Below are positions 50,196 through 63,504 of a DNA stretch of 64,000 bases, in pieces. The notes below the pieces were generated by a model. The model did no database searches, was not told where the DNA came from, and worked only from the letters and a program-made list of their open reading frames with translations. The translations under genes were made by a program, and so were the position numbers. Numbering within the stretch: the first letter of the stretch is position 1; each line of letters opens with the position of its first letter. The stretch comes from Squalus acanthias (lineage: Eukaryota), in NCBI GenBank assembly GCA_030390025.1, contig CM059432.1:105402001-105466000 (forward strand). The letters run 5' to 3'.

Positions 50196-51374
50196 ATGGC
50201 AGCAGCAGAACCAGGCAGCTCAGCAGCACAGCAGCAGGAGCGCCAACCGCCTGCTCACCCACCTGATGCTGCACAGGGCAGAAGGCGCCAGCGCATGGCA
50301 GCACGTCGCCGCAGGAGATACCTCCCTCTCAGGGTTTACAGACAGAGGATGAGCTACCTCAACATGAGTGAGCAGCAGTGTCAAAGGAGGCTGAGACTTT
50401 CGCAAGAGGTTGTCGGAGACATCTGCGCACTGCTGCACCAATACCTGATGCCCAGAGGAGCGGGTGGACACCCCTTACCAGTGGCTGTCAAAGTCACCAC
50501 CGCACTCAACGTTTTTGCCTCAGGCTCCTTCCAGGGACCATCAGCAGACATCAGCTGCATCTCCCAGTCGGCTGCCCATAGTTGCATCACGCAGGTTACC
50601 GATGCCCTTTTCACAAAGGCCCACAATTACATCCACTTCTCAAGGGATCAAGCAAGTGTAACAGCACGTTCAGTTGGCTTTGCAAATATGGCAGGCTTGC
50701 CAATGGTGCAGGGCGTCATAGACTGCACACATGTGGCCCTTAGGGCACCCCATCACAACCCAGCTATCTTTGTTAACCGCAAGGGCTTCCACTCCCTCAA
50801 CGTGCAGCTGGTGTGTAACCACAAGAAGGAGATTTTGCACGTTTGCGCCAAGTTCTGTGGTCGTTGCCCTGACTCTTTCATCCTGCGGAACTCTAGTGTT
50901 CCTCCGCTCTTCAATCCGCCAAACCAACTTAATGGATGGCTCCTTGGTGACAAGGGCTACCCCCTGAAGAAGTGGCTAGTGACGCCGATCAGGAGGCCAG
51001 CTAACGATGCTGAAGAGCGCTACAACGCCAGCCACATTTCGACCAGGTCCATCATCGAGCAAACCATTGGCTTGTTGAAGATGCGATTCCAATGCCTTGA
51101 CAGATCAGGTGGAGCCCTGCATTATTCAGCAGCCAGGGTCTCCAGAATGGTTGTGGTCTGCTGTGCACTGCACAACATGGCACAGCGTCGTGGCTTGCAG
51201 CTTCCTGATGAGCAAGTGGCTCAGTTCATAACCTCCTCAGTTGAGGATGAGGAGGAGGAGGAGGAGCAGGATGAGGACCGAGCGCTGGCCTATCGATCAG
51301 CAGCAGTGGCAGCATGCGAGCACATGGCTGCCCGTGATGCAAGGCCTGCACTTATCCTAGCCAGGTTTGCATAG
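50196..51374 (+). CDS. Harbinger DDE transposase (HARBI1-like), open 392-aa frame
   Basis: HTH region, [50 protein letters not shown], acidic tail. Confidence 0.9.
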   Translation: MAAAEPGSSAAQQQERQPPAHPPDAAQGRRRQRMAARRRRRYLPLRVYRQRMSYLNMSEQQCQRRLRLSQEVVGDICALLHQYLMPRGAGGHPLPVAVKVTTALNVFASGSFQGPSADISCISQSAAHSCITQVTDALFTKAHNYIHFSRDQASVTARSVGFANMAGLPMVQGVIDCTHVALRAPHHNPAIFVNRKGFHSLNVQLVCNHKKEILHVCAKFCGRCPDSFILRNSSVPPLFNPPNQLNGWLLGDKGYPLKKWLVTPIRRPANDAEERYNASHISTRSIIEQTIGLLKMRFQCLDRSGGALHYSAARVSRMVVVCCALHNMAQRRGLQLPDEQVAQFITSSVEDEEEEEEQDEDRALAYRSAAVAACEHMAARDARPALILARFA

Positions 51375-51619
51375 GTTGCCCATGTTGGCACATGTCCATG
51401 GCTCCATCTTAAGAAATGATAGACAATGGACATGACTCTCTGGCCTCCTTTCACTCTGGCCACCAACATGACCACGCAAGTGTTGCGGAGCCCGCAATGT
51501 GAAGCTGCCTAAGGCGAAATAACAGATGCCATCACGCCAACAGTTTGCCATCAAATCATTTTTATACTTTCAAACAGGGATGGCATTTCATCAATACACA
51601 TAAACATTCACCCAAGTGG

Positions 51620-53553
51620 CTACCCCTGTGAAGAATGGTGCTTTATTTTTCTCTTACACGTGCTCCTACGTGGTGCTCCCCCTATGGCTTCAGCAGAAGT
51701 GAAGGCCCCTTGCTCACTTTCATGCTGCTCCTGCTTCGACACCTTTGGCGGGCGTCCTCTGGGTTTACGAGCCTGTTAAGTCTCGCCAAATGTCTGCTCC
51801 TCCTGTGGCAGTGCAGGGGCTCTGGTGGGGCTCTGACCGAGGGCAACGCAGTGGCATGGAAGTGTGAGCGCTTGGAGAAGAGCCCCCACTTCCTTGTTGT
51901 CTGCCACCAACTTCCCTCTCATGGGTCAGGTCCACCTCAGCGCTTGCAAGTGGCTTGAGAGCACCTTGCTGCACATCAGGGGGGCCATGGGGACCCGTCT
52001 CTGCACTGGCAGTCCTACTCAAAAGGACTTCCATGAAGCTCTGGTTTCTCTGTTCAATAGCTGCCCATCACTCCTCCAGAGATGTCAGTCTATTCTGAAC
52101 AATCACCATGTTTTCCTCACTCTGGCGGCTTATTGCCTCCATGGCCATAGCCAGCCTTTCCACGGAGGTTGCCATCCTTTCCGTGGTGCTGCGTAATATG
52201 CGCCATTGCCTCCCCAACGTCACTGCTCAGGTTAGAGTTGGACTCCTGCATCCTCTCCACACTCGCAGTGACCCTGGAGACAAGACCTGTCAGAGACTCC
52301 TGCACCTGCTCCTGGAGTTCCAGCACTGCTCTATTTCTGGATGGACCCAGAGGCACAGGGTCCACATGCAGCGGAGCAGAGCTAGGAGAGTCCTGCACCC
52401 TCCGACGAGGACTCTCCACTGCTGTCCCTGTCTCCACCACCTGCTGATGCTCACCTGTGAGATGTGATACACACGGTGACAACACTAATCTATGTCCCGA
52501 AGGTCCCACCGAGGTGTGCGTATCTGCGCTGGTGCTGGGTGCGCTTAATTCTGCTGACGCTGCGTCCTCAGAGGTTGCAGGTTCCCCTGAGGAGTCTTGC
52601 GGCTCAGCCTCTTCCTCATCGACAGTGGCAGAGGGGGGCTCTGTGGATGGTCCTGTGGGGGTGTAAAGACATGGGTTAGACATTTGACGGAAGTGTGGCA
52701 TGCACATGCAATAGTGCAGATGCTCAAGTGGCATTCTAATAATGTACACCAGCAGCCATTTCAGTCACTCAAGCAGTGTAAATGAGAGAGAGGTAAAACT
52801 ATTCTGTCACCAGCTTGCTCTGCCTCGCCCGTCTGTCCGTCCCCCACTTCCACCTCCACCTCTGCGCCGGCGATATCCAGGGCCACCTCTTCAGCCTGGG
52901 TGAGAATGGTTAGGGAAGGTGGCCCGCCTCCTGTCTTCGCCCTTTCCCTTCTATTGTGGGCTCTCTTTTCTTGCAGTGAGGAAGACAAGTGGAGCTGGAG
53001 TGAGAATGATGGAGTGAGTGCAGAGAGTCCAGAGCATAGATGCTTAGAAGGAGACAAAGATGGAGTGAGGTTCCATGTCCAAGGGCTCTCCCTGTGCATT
53101 GTTAGTCATTGTCATTGCATAACATTGAAAGGGAGTGTGAGGGCAGCACAGTCGAATAGTGAAGTGATTGGGTTCATAGAGTGAGAGGGATGCTGAAGGT
53201 TGCAAGGGTTATAAGGGTAAAGTGGGATGTGGAGGAGGAGGTTGACAATGCAGAGTGCTGGTGATGAGAGGAGAAGGGGAGCAGAAGGAGGGTCAAGCTG
53301 AAGGTATACTTACTTTGTCTGATCTTACAAGGTCATTGAACCTTTTACGGCATTGCATCCATGTTCTACTGCACACCGATCTGGAGGTGATCTCCCTTGC
53401 CAGCTGTACCCACACAGCCTTGGTTTCTTTGGGAGGCCTCTTCCTCCAAGATGAGGGGAAGAGCACCTCCCTGCTGGCTCTCGCCTCCTCAACCAACATT
53501 CCCAGTGCCTCATCTGAGAACCTCGGGGAGGCCCTTGCCTTAGAGTTGGCCAT
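51620..53553 (-). pseudogene. Harbinger H5 Myb/SANT gene (exons 53553-53314, 52970-52811, 52652-51620)
   Basis: SPRFSDEALGMLVEE...W...TWMQCRKRFNDL; exon 2 EKRAHNRRERAKTGGG has its acceptor as CAA instead of CAG; frameshift in exon 3. Confidence 0.83.
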
Positions 53554-56341
53554 TGTTGAAGCTGAAAAAATGTTGGAGGTGGTGCGGCATCGACCAAAAT
53601 CCAGTGGAATGAGCCAAGGCAGCAAGCAGCCCTTAAATGAAGCTGGATAAGTGACGTCAGCAGAGGCAAGTTTCAGTCCCAAAACACTAATTGGCCAAGG
53701 GCAACCCACACCTCTGAAATCAACTAGGGGAAAATAGCAATTTTTTCCCACTTCTCAGTGGAGGCGAATTTGGAACCCACCCAAACCGAAACCCGCTTCC
53801 ATTGGGAAAATCGCCCCCAAAAACACCAAAGATTCTCTGATGTTTAATACATCTGAAAGTTCTGGATATTTTATAGCTTTTTTAAAAAATGGTTTGAGGA
53901 TTGTGGGTGACACTGGAAGGCAGTATTGATTAGCCATCCCTAGTTGCCCTTAGGGCATTAAGCTTCAACCACATAGTATGAGACTGGAGTCACAAACAGG
54001 CCAGACCATAAAGGGGGGCAGGTCCCTTCCCTGAAGGACATTAGTGAACCAGTTGAGTTTTACAACAATCCAACAGCTTTCAGGATAGTTCCATACTATC
54101 ACCACTAGCCTACCATACCTACCAACAGGCAAATGCTATAACCAATGAGATTTCTTTTTTTTACACATGCTTCCCTCACTTTCTGCTGACACAATAGAAA
54201 AATAGTTTATGGACTCCAACTCAACTTATGCTATCTATGCCACTATTTCCAACTGAGAGGATTACTTGTTTTGAGGGAAAGATCTGAAAGACACTTTATT
54301 GCACTTTGAGAATTTTTGGGTTTTTATGCAAGGTCTTAGTAATGTTACATATATCAATACAAATGTCTTTATTTTGAAAAAAGGGATATTCTAGATTGTA
54401 GAAGATCTCATGCTGCCTTTTTGTTTCACTTTATGCTTTGTCAAATGGTTTGAAACCTGTTTATGAATTGTGAAGTTGGCAAAGAAAGAATGTAGAATGT
54501 CCCAAAGTGCTACATCAGCAGCCTGTTTTCCATTGAAATCAATGGGCTGCTGATGCGCTATCGCCCATTTTGTGCTACTGCCGAAGTCGAATTTCACCCC
54601 CTTTATGTTGGACCACTGGGACCTTTCTAACTTTCATTTTAAAGCTTCACGCTAGTTGCAGTTATACTGCAGTTAATCAGGAGCTGAGGGGTGTGAGACT
54701 ACCACCCTGTGTATTCTTGCAGTCAATGCCCAAGCTCAACTGATGTAGTGTACATCTGTAGTCTATATTTTGTGTCACAGTGATAGAAAATGTGCACCTT
54801 CTATTTAAATGCCATGTTTGGTTTGTTCTTTAAAGTTTAAAGTAATGCTACCAGGCCTAACGCACTATTACTGGTCTATACATGTGGTGTTATTTTGTAA
54901 CCTCCTTATCAGACAAAGGGTAAAGGGTTTTGGATGTTGACAGCATAATTACAGTACATGTAGGGGAAGAAGTAGACAGTGTTCCCTTGAGGCGTGGCAC
55001 TAGGCTATCTGTTTCCCTTTTTGTCCTATAAATAAATGGTTCGTGTGATAAAGCGGAACATCACATTTATTCAGGGATCTTGACATTTATTAATATAAAT
55101 AAAAGTGGAAGTATATCAGTTCCTTTGCATCTTTACTGTAACAAGTTCAACTTTTAAAAATCATGTTCCATATTTCATTGATTATTTATCATTACGTGTC
55201 TAATATAAACCTGTGTAGTTTCCAGGAAGGTTACTGAATGATATACTGTCAATACTTAAATCTTAAATTATACTTTCACCCCAATATTCCTTTCTCTTTT
55301 CAGGTGCGAAATGTACATGGGACTGAGGCAAGAATTGCTCTTGGCTGAATTCATGTATGTAGCTCTATGAATATACACAAAAGTCTGCTCAATGGGCAAC
55401 ATCATGCTTTGTATAAACTTTAACTGTGCAGTACTAAGCAGTTGGTTTTGAAACCAGTATAGAAAAGCTAAGTCTGGAACATTGTAATATTATGTAATTG
55501 AATCTGTGCCACTTCTCTTACTGTCACGGTTTGAAGCAATGTTACAGATTTCCCTTCTATAGTGGTTTCAAAGCCATCTGCTTAGTACTGCGCAGGTACA
55601 CCCTACTGTGTATCTTTCAAATTAATGAAAGATCAATTTAGGACAGACAGATGTCAGAAATTCTTCAGAAAAGAGTGATTAACATGTGGAATGGATTTCC
55701 GGGTAGGATGGATGGAAGCAAAAACTCTGGAATAATTTAAGAAAATGGATGTTGGGGATTGTAGGATCCAAATCTACCCCATGTTGTCCTCTGTTTTTAT
55801 TCATCAGTCTGAGAGAGTGGCCCTTGTGTGACAGGCAGCTCTGAGTAGCATCTACCTTCCAGCCCCGGCTGCAATGCGAATGGACAGCCAATATCTCTCT
55901 TTAAGCAGCTACTTGAAATGATGCCATACTCATAATCTAAATATTGACAAAATCAACATAAATGAACAGAAAGCAAAACAAAAGAATGTGGGAGAGAAAT
56001 TTATTATAGCCCAGGAATGGGCGGTAACTTTTGAAAAGTTTGAGAATTAACACCAAGCGCTAATGAATCATGCTGCACGCAAAATTGAATCTCATCGCTC
56101 AAAGAAAGGATTGGAGCGCTAAATCAATGGCCTAGCTCAGTGGTGCTACACTCAAAGTGCTAACCAATATCAGGTGCAGTCTAATCGCAAGTCATCATTG
56201 CTACAGGCTCTTTCCAGTTCTTAAAGGGGAGGTTCATTGATGCTGCAGAACCTCATTCTCAGCATTGCTGGCTGTGCAGCTGCCTCAGCAAGCAAGAGCA
56301 GGCCAAGTCCAAGGAGCCAGACGACTCAAGCAGGTGTCATG

Positions 56342-58218
56342 ATGGCAGATCCATGCCCCAGGGAGAGAGCCTGCAGATTTTCAGACCAAGCATTGGAGGA
56401 GTTGGTGTCCGCTGTGGAGAGACGGAGGGCGGTGCTCTACCCAGCAAGTAGCAGGAGGCGCTCGCCGCAAGTCTTCAGTGCCATGTGGAGGGAGGTTGCC
56501 CAGCATGTCTCGGGCAGCACTGTGGTCCCCATGATCTACACACAGTGCAGGAAGAAATTTAACAATCTCACTCGGGTGGTCAGGGTGAGTCAATGCCTCA
56601 ACAAATGCTGCATACCACCATCTGAACCACAGTCTGCACACACTGGCAAAAGCACCACACCTCCAGCACTCACCCACCAACAATTGCTACCTACCAACAC
56701 TCACACCCATATCTCACACCTTGCACACAATGGCAGCTATTCAACTATGGCAGGCACATCACCCAAACACATTGCTCCACACTCACTCACACACTTTCCT
56801 TTCTCTTGCAGGCCAAGGTGGCTCACAACAGGAGGGAACAGGAGCGCACAGGCAGGGGACAAGCCAACACCTAACCACTGTCTGCACTGGAAAATAGAGT
56901 GCCTGAGATTATTGGGCGCCAGGTGGTGGGCACCATGGCCACCGGCGACGTTGACCCCCTTGGGGACAAAAACGGTATGGTCATCCCTACACCTTCTTCT
57001 CACATCACACTTCCCCCTCACCCCACAAGTGTTTCACACTTTCCACCTAATCATGCTGTATGCATGCATTTCTCCCTTCCTGCTCCCCTCCCCTCACCTT
57101 AACCCGACTCTTGTGCCTTTATGCTTTCAGATAATGAGCAAGCACCTGAGCAGCCCGTCTCTGAGGGCACCGTAGACAGTGAGGAGGGAGAAGAGGAGAC
57201 GGTAGAACACACCACGTCACTGCATCTCTCACCCACAGGCACCAGCTCAGATACGTGTTCTTTAGAGGCTAGTATAGTAGCGGGATCTGCACAGGGTGAT
57301 GCACCGGGAACGAGCGGGCTACAGCAAGGCCAGGGGGAAAGGGTAGCTCGGGAGTCAGCTCCCCAGAGGGCGAGTTCGCGCGCGAGTTCTGCTGCACAGG
57401 ACTCAGATGAGGACCTCGATGGGGAGGCCTTTAGAAGAAGGGTGATGGGCATGCACACGGAGATGATAGGTGCAATGGCAAGGGTGCCTGAGAGCCTGTC
57501 GGTAATGGTAAGGAGCGTGGAGGAGTCCTCCTCCAGCACTGCACAAAGCTCTGTGTACACCATGGAGCCCAACATTTCCAGTCTGGAAAGGATGGTTGAC
57601 TCCCAGAGAGACCGTGGCAACCCAGACCTGATGCTGCGTGTGATGGACAATCTGGCAGCTTCCATTGCAGCACAGGCGGAAGCGACACAACGTCTTAGTG
57701 CTTCAATGCAGTCTATGGTTGGTGCCATTCAATCTCAGGCTGCTCTCATGCAGTCTCATCTTGATGCCATGCTAGTTCTGACTGCTGCCATTGTGGTTGG
57801 GTCGACCACCTTCGACTGGGGCTCTCACGGTGTCACAGCAGGCCAGCAATCTGTACTGCAACAGCTTGCTAGGGATGCTGAGGTGCTGTACCGGGGGAGT
57901 GGCAATGGGTCAGTGGAGCAGGAAGCTACTGTCCTCTCTCAGGATGACAGCTTTCCTGCTCCCACCACTGGCACTCCGCCATTGCCCTTGTCGCTGCCTG
58001 TCATCCAGCCAGCCCAAACTGCTGCCACCCATGCTAAGGTGGTATAGTCTACAGCCGGGCCTTCCAGGCCCAGAGCTGGTCGAGGGCGTCCTGCAAGGCC
58101 ATCTGAAGTCTCTCACATGAACACTCAGCAGCCTTCCACCAGCCCTGCTGCAGCCACTGGGCCAGCACTTCATAGGAGCACTAGAGTAGGCAAAGGCACA
58201 GTAATGAGAGGCACTAAG
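56342..58218 (+). pseudogene. Harbinger H6 Myb/SANT gene (exons 56342-56584, 56812-56974, 57131-about 58218)
   Basis: RACRFSDQALEELV...W...QCRKKFNNL; canonical GT-AG introns; nonsense codons in exon 2 and at 58045. Confidence 0.85.
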
Positions 58219-58399
58219 GGATTGCACAAGGGTGAATAGTTAATATTGTTGTTGTAAATATGTGTTAACTGATTATTAATAAATTTATTAATTCAGTTTG
58301 GATTATTTTGTGGTGTGTCTCATTTCAGCTGTGCGCCGTGAAATGGCCTGCGACACAGATGGAATGATTGGGATGTGGTGAGCAACGGGGATCTGGGGT

Positions 58400-58960
58400 T
58401 TAGTTTACTGGAACAGCAGTTTGATGAGGTGGTCACAGATTGCTCTTCCGGAAGGCTGATTGAGTGGCTGCCTGCTCCCTCGCTCTTCTTCCTCCTCTTC
58501 CTCCTAATCCTCCTCCTCTCCCTCTTCCTCCTCCTGCGGTGGTCCCGCACCTGATGGCAAGGGCTGGGCTCTCATGATGGCCAAATTGTGGAGCATGTAG
58601 CAAGTGACGACGAAATGGGACACCCGTTCAGCCGAGTACTGGAGGGCTCCTCCCAAGCGGTCACGGCAGCGGAACCGTTGCTTGAGCACCCCGATGGTCT
58701 GTTCCTGGTGGCGGCATGGCTCTCATTTTATGAGTGCTGGGCAGGAGTGTTGGGGTTGTGGAGGGGAGTCATGAGCCAAGTGGAGAGCGGATAGCCCATG
58801 TCTCCGACCAACCAGCTGCAAGCTTAATGTGGTGGCTGGAAGAGTGCTGGAGCACCAGTCTGGCGCAGAATGAAGGCATTGTGGCTGCTGCCAGGATAGA
58901 GGGCATTCATATTGAGAATTCGCTGTCTGCGGTTGCACACCAACTGCACATTAAGTGAGT
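58400..58960 (-). pseudogene. Harbinger H6 transposase C-terminal part
   Basis: [37 protein letters not shown]. Confidence 0.85.
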
Positions 58961-58961
58961 C

Positions 58962-60390
58962 TTCGACGCGTGTCCTCAACTCCATCCTGCAGCATGCTAC
59001 CCGCCACCACCTCAGCACAACCCCAGCCCAGCATAAGGTTGAAAAGGCCAACCGACAACTGAAGAACAACAAGGCCTCAGGAGCAGATGGAATCTCGCCG
59101 AGGTGCTAAAACATGGCGGAGAAGCACTATTGGCGTGAATACATGAACTCATTTCTCTTATTTGGAAGGAGGCGAGCATGCCAGGGGATCTCAGAGATGC
59201 CGTAATCGTGACCATCTTCAAGAAAGGTGACAAGTCCGATTGCGGTAATTACAGAGTCTCCCTGCTGTCTGCCACTGGGAAAGTCATCACAAGAATCCTC
59301 CTCAATCGCCTTCTCCCAGTAGCTGAAGAGCTCTTCCCAGAGTCGCAATGCGGATTCTGCCCACTAAGGGGCACAATGGACATGATCTTCACCGCACATC
59401 AACTACAAGAGAAATGCAGGGAACAGCACCAACCGCTGTACATGGCCTTCTTTGACCTCACAAAGGCCTTCGACACCGTCAACCATGAGGGATTATGGAG
59501 TGTCCTCCTCAAATTCGGCTGCCCTCAAAAGTTTGTCACCATCCTCCACCTGCTTCACGACGACATGCAAGCCATGATCCTGACCAACGGATCCACCACA
59601 GACCCAATTCACGTACGGACCGGGGTCAAGCAAGGCTGTGTCATCGCACCAACGCTCTTCTCGATCTTCCTGGCTGCAATGTTCCATCTCACCCTCAGTA
59701 AGCTCCCCGCTGGAGTGGAGCTAATCTACAGAACAAGCGGGAAACTGTTCAACCTCCATCGCCTCCAGTCCAGATTCAAGGTCGTCCCATCCTCTGTCGT
59801 TGAATTACAGTATGCAGACGATGCTTGCGTCTGCGCACACTCTGACGTTGAACTCCAAACCATCATCAACACCTTCACCGAAGCGTATGAGAGCACGGTC
59901 CTTACACTAAACATCCGTAAGACAAAGGTCCTCTACCAACCTACCCCCGCCACACAGTACTGCTTCCCAATTATCAAAATCCATGACAAGGCCTTGGACA
60001 ACGTGGACCACTTTCCATACCTCGGGAGCCTACTGTCAACAAGGGCAGACGTCGATGACGAAGTCCAACACCACCTTCAGTGTGCCAGTGCAGCCTTCGG
60101 TCACCTGAGGAAGAGAGTGTTTGAAGACCAGGACCTCAAACCCAGCACCAAGGTCATGGTCTACAGAGCGGTAGTGATACCCGCCCTCCTGTATGCTTCA
60201 GAGACATTGACCATGTACAGCAGGCACCTCAAAGCACTGGAGAGGTACCACCAACGCTGCCTCGGCAAGATCCTGCAAATCCATTGGCAGGATAGACGCA
60301 CCAACGTCAGTGTTCTCGCTCAGGCCAACATCCCCAGCTTCGAAGCTTTGACCACGCTCGATCAGCTCCGATGGACGGGCCACATCCATT
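58962..60390 (+). mobile_element. RTE-clade LINE RT fragment
   Basis: DCGNYR.SLLS, PESQCGF, FFDLTKAFDTV, GVKQGCVIAPTLF, QYADD, FPYLGS, LLYASE. Confidence 0.9.
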
Positions 60391-61199
60391 GTACAGCCCA
60401 TGATTTGTGGCCAGGTTGAGGAAGTATTGATGATAGCACTGATTTAGAAGCATTTGGGTCTGAACAATGCCACAGGATCCTTATTTGAATACATTTATTC
60501 GTTCCCCGCCTGTTTCCAGCCAGAGCTCTGGCCCCCTAAACTGAGGTCCGTCAGAAAAGTGGAACAGGTGGACCTCTGGCGGTAAGCTGGGGATTTTTTT
60601 TTGTTTTTTTAATCAACTTTCGTTCTATTACCACTCCTTTCATGATGAAAAAGGGGGCAGTAGCCAGACAAACATATCCTACACTGAGAAAGGTGAATCC
60701 ATTTGTAATTCATCATAACGTAATTCACTTCCCTGTGAAGTCCCATATCATGCCCTAATAGCCTGACCCGGAAAAAAATGAGGTTGTGCGGACCCACCTG
60801 TAGCTCAGGAACAAGCATTGTCAAATCCAACCTCCTATTTTGAATGGGTTACAGGCATAGGAAAAGCTTGCCAGGAAAGCTTTGCCTGCAGCACACTTGG
60901 CTGAGGATCACAAAATGCGCTGAAGAAGCCACAGCTCGCCGTAAAAGAGGAAGTTGTGATGGTGACAGATAAGTTGCCTAACTCTTCATTATCACAAGTG
61001 GAGACATGTAGGCAACACCACTTCCTTTGATGGAGAAATTTGGAGGTCCTGTTACAGCAGCTGCACCAGCTGAGGATGGAGCTATTTGGGGCCAAAGGCT
61101 ATCCTCTACCTGAAGCACACGTGCAAATGAGGAATAAATGTGCTCGTATCAGAAGTATGGCAAAGATGAGTGTGCTCCCTCACTTTTGTACAAATGTAA

Positions 61200-61950
61200 G
61201 TTGGGGTCTCTGGAAGGTACCATTTCAAGAATTGCACACAACCATTGCTCTTTTGCACCCACTCATTCGCTCATTATGCTTAAGCTGCATGTTCCACTTT
61301 TCTGGAAGGTTGGTTGGCAGCCGAACAACAGTAAATGATGAGGCGTTCAGGCTGAGATGCTCCTCTACTGCTAGGTGATTTCTCAGTGCGGTCAGCAGCT
61401 ATGGATACAGAGGTTCGCCCTCTTCTCCCAGGAGGCATCCACTCACTGCCACAAAATGAAGGCACCATTGCTGCCTCCTGGATAATGGCCACTGACGTCT
61501 CCTCAGTATGGATTAGATGCAAACCTTTTCTTTTCATGAAAACCCAGGAATTGATATGAAGAGCCCTGACACCCACATGGGTACCATGTGTGACTCTGAG
61601 GATCCCTCTCAGCTACGGAAAACTGCATCCAGTCCCACTGACGCTTCCTTCCACAGAAAAAGTGATGAAAATGTTGCCCCTTGCAAATATATCAGCTGTT
61701 GCTTCCTTGATTCTTGTGTGCACTGCATACTGATGTGTGTGACAGATGTCTCTGGGATGGCTTGGAAGGAGCTGCTGGCCAGAAAGCTTCATGCTGCAGT
61801 AACTTTTACTTCTACAGGAAGGACTGTCTCTGATCCAGTGCAGTAAGTGGCAGAACTCGGTGGCAGCTTGGCGTGTGAAGTGGAGGCGAAGTCCAAGTAC
61901 AGTTCATTGGGTAGGCCTGATTGGCACCCGCAGCTCACCCGATTTATGAT
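61200..61950 (-). pseudogene. Highly decayed Harbinger transposase remnant
   Basis: LPVEVKVTAA*SFLASSSFQ and VRALHINSWVFMKRKGLHLI resemble [20 protein letters not shown] and [20 protein letters not shown]. Confidence 0.6.
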
Positions 61951-63504
61951 GATTATGACTGAGGAGGAATTTAGTTTGGACATCGGGCCTCTCTGTTCTG
62001 GCATACTATTGCTGAGTGCTGCTGGAATCGTGACTGGTTTGGGGCGCCAACACGAATGGAACTCTTTTCCAAATTCTGTTTGCAAAAAATTAGTCAAAAC
62101 ATCCCGAAGCATAACATGTCATGAATTGCATTCCTCTTCTAAATTATGTACCATTATCAGAATCCCCCAAAGAAATTCCCATCCTCACCTCTTTGTATGG
62201 TTCTATATAAGTGACAGCAGCAAACAAGAATAACGAAGAAACTGTGGACAGACACAAATCCAAATATAGCAAAAACAGCAGACGATCCAGCAAAAATAAC
62301 TGATGCAAACTTCAGTAAAAATTGTGCGGCTGTAAATCGCCCTTTATGAACCTACTTGAGCAGGCCAGGTTACAGCATTAGTTACTCGGCAATTGATAGG
62401 GATGGAAACTGCCAAAAATCATGATGGCCTGGAGTTTTCGATTGGTTGCGCTGGTTTTTTCAGCGCAATTTGCCCAAAATTGGCAACACCAGCGCAAAAT
62501 ATCACGGAATTTTAAGCGCAAATTATTGCGTTTGGTGATATGCAAATGAGTTTGAGTGGACACATGAGAACAAAAACAAATTCTCAAAACGAGCGCAAAT
62601 TTGGGCGCAATTTGCACCCGGATCACCGATTGCACCCAAAGTGGAAACTCTACCCCGATATCTGGCAAGGCATTTAGTTACATAATTTTGAGACTTCTAT
62701 TAAGGCTCTGCAGGGCCCACAGTGCACAGTCCCCAGTACAGGGGCCTGCAGGCTCAACTTCGCAACACACTCTGGTCCCCAGTGAGGCTCTGCAGTGGGA
62801 GCAGAGCCACATAAAATGCACCCTTTGATGGCTGCAGAGCATTACAGGCAGTAATTCAGTCAAGTAGTTTGATAGTGAATAAGTAACTCCGATGGTTTAT
62901 ATCTTCCATTCACTGAACTCCGAGGAGTGCTTTTGCTTGAAACCAGCTATGATACATTTTTTTAGTACAGGCAGAAGGAGAATTCGGAGTTTGGATTACT
63001 GCTTGCAAAACTCTGGCAGACATCAAAGCCCCAATTGTGTGATACTTAAAAATTGGAGCTGTGCACGCCCATACATGTAGTGATAGGGCAAGCTGTGTCA
63101 AATTTTGTGATCTAAGGCTTGTACACTTATTAGCCTAGCCTCCTTGCGCATGGAAAACATGTACAGGGAGTCAGACCAGCAAGCTGATTGGCTGCCAAAT
63201 GCAAAATTGGACCAGGGACCAGCATTTAAAGGAAGGATGCTCAACCTTAAATGGAGATGGTTTTTACTCACCAAACCAACATTTGAACTGCAAGGAGCAA
63301 CGCAGGCAAAAGCGCTTCTGCAGGCGAGGAAACCCTTGACGACATGCCATGGGAAGTCCAGTAAAAGAGGGTAGACAGCATCCTGCAAAGGCAGCAGCTC
63401 AAGGTACACGGAAGGAGCAGGCATAGCAGGGTCCATATGATCTCCCAGGTCTGAGCAAATGTTTTTGGGTATCCGCCGAAGTACCAAGGTAAGTTTTATT
63501 TTAT

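Larger units (their letters stand above)
49633..53818. mobile_element. Full-length PIF/Harbinger transposon H5 (4186 bp)
   Basis: TIRs GGGGGTGATTTTCCCA / TGGGAAAATCGCCCCC (15/16 match), AAA on both sides, convergent transposase and Myb genes. Confidence 0.93.
55990..58960. mobile_element. Harbinger H6 (truncated by an RTE LINE)
   Basis: GGGAGAGAAATT start resembling H1; Myb (+) and transposase C-terminus (-). Confidence 0.85.

Noticed and set aside
50196..51374. Domesticated host HARBI1 gene
   Set aside because: It lies between TIRs with a convergent Myb gene and has decayed paralogues nearby, so it is a transposon ORF.
56237..57175. 312-aa ORF as a single-exon protein
   Set aside because: It reads through two introns of the Myb gene; only 56342-56584 is in the coding frame.
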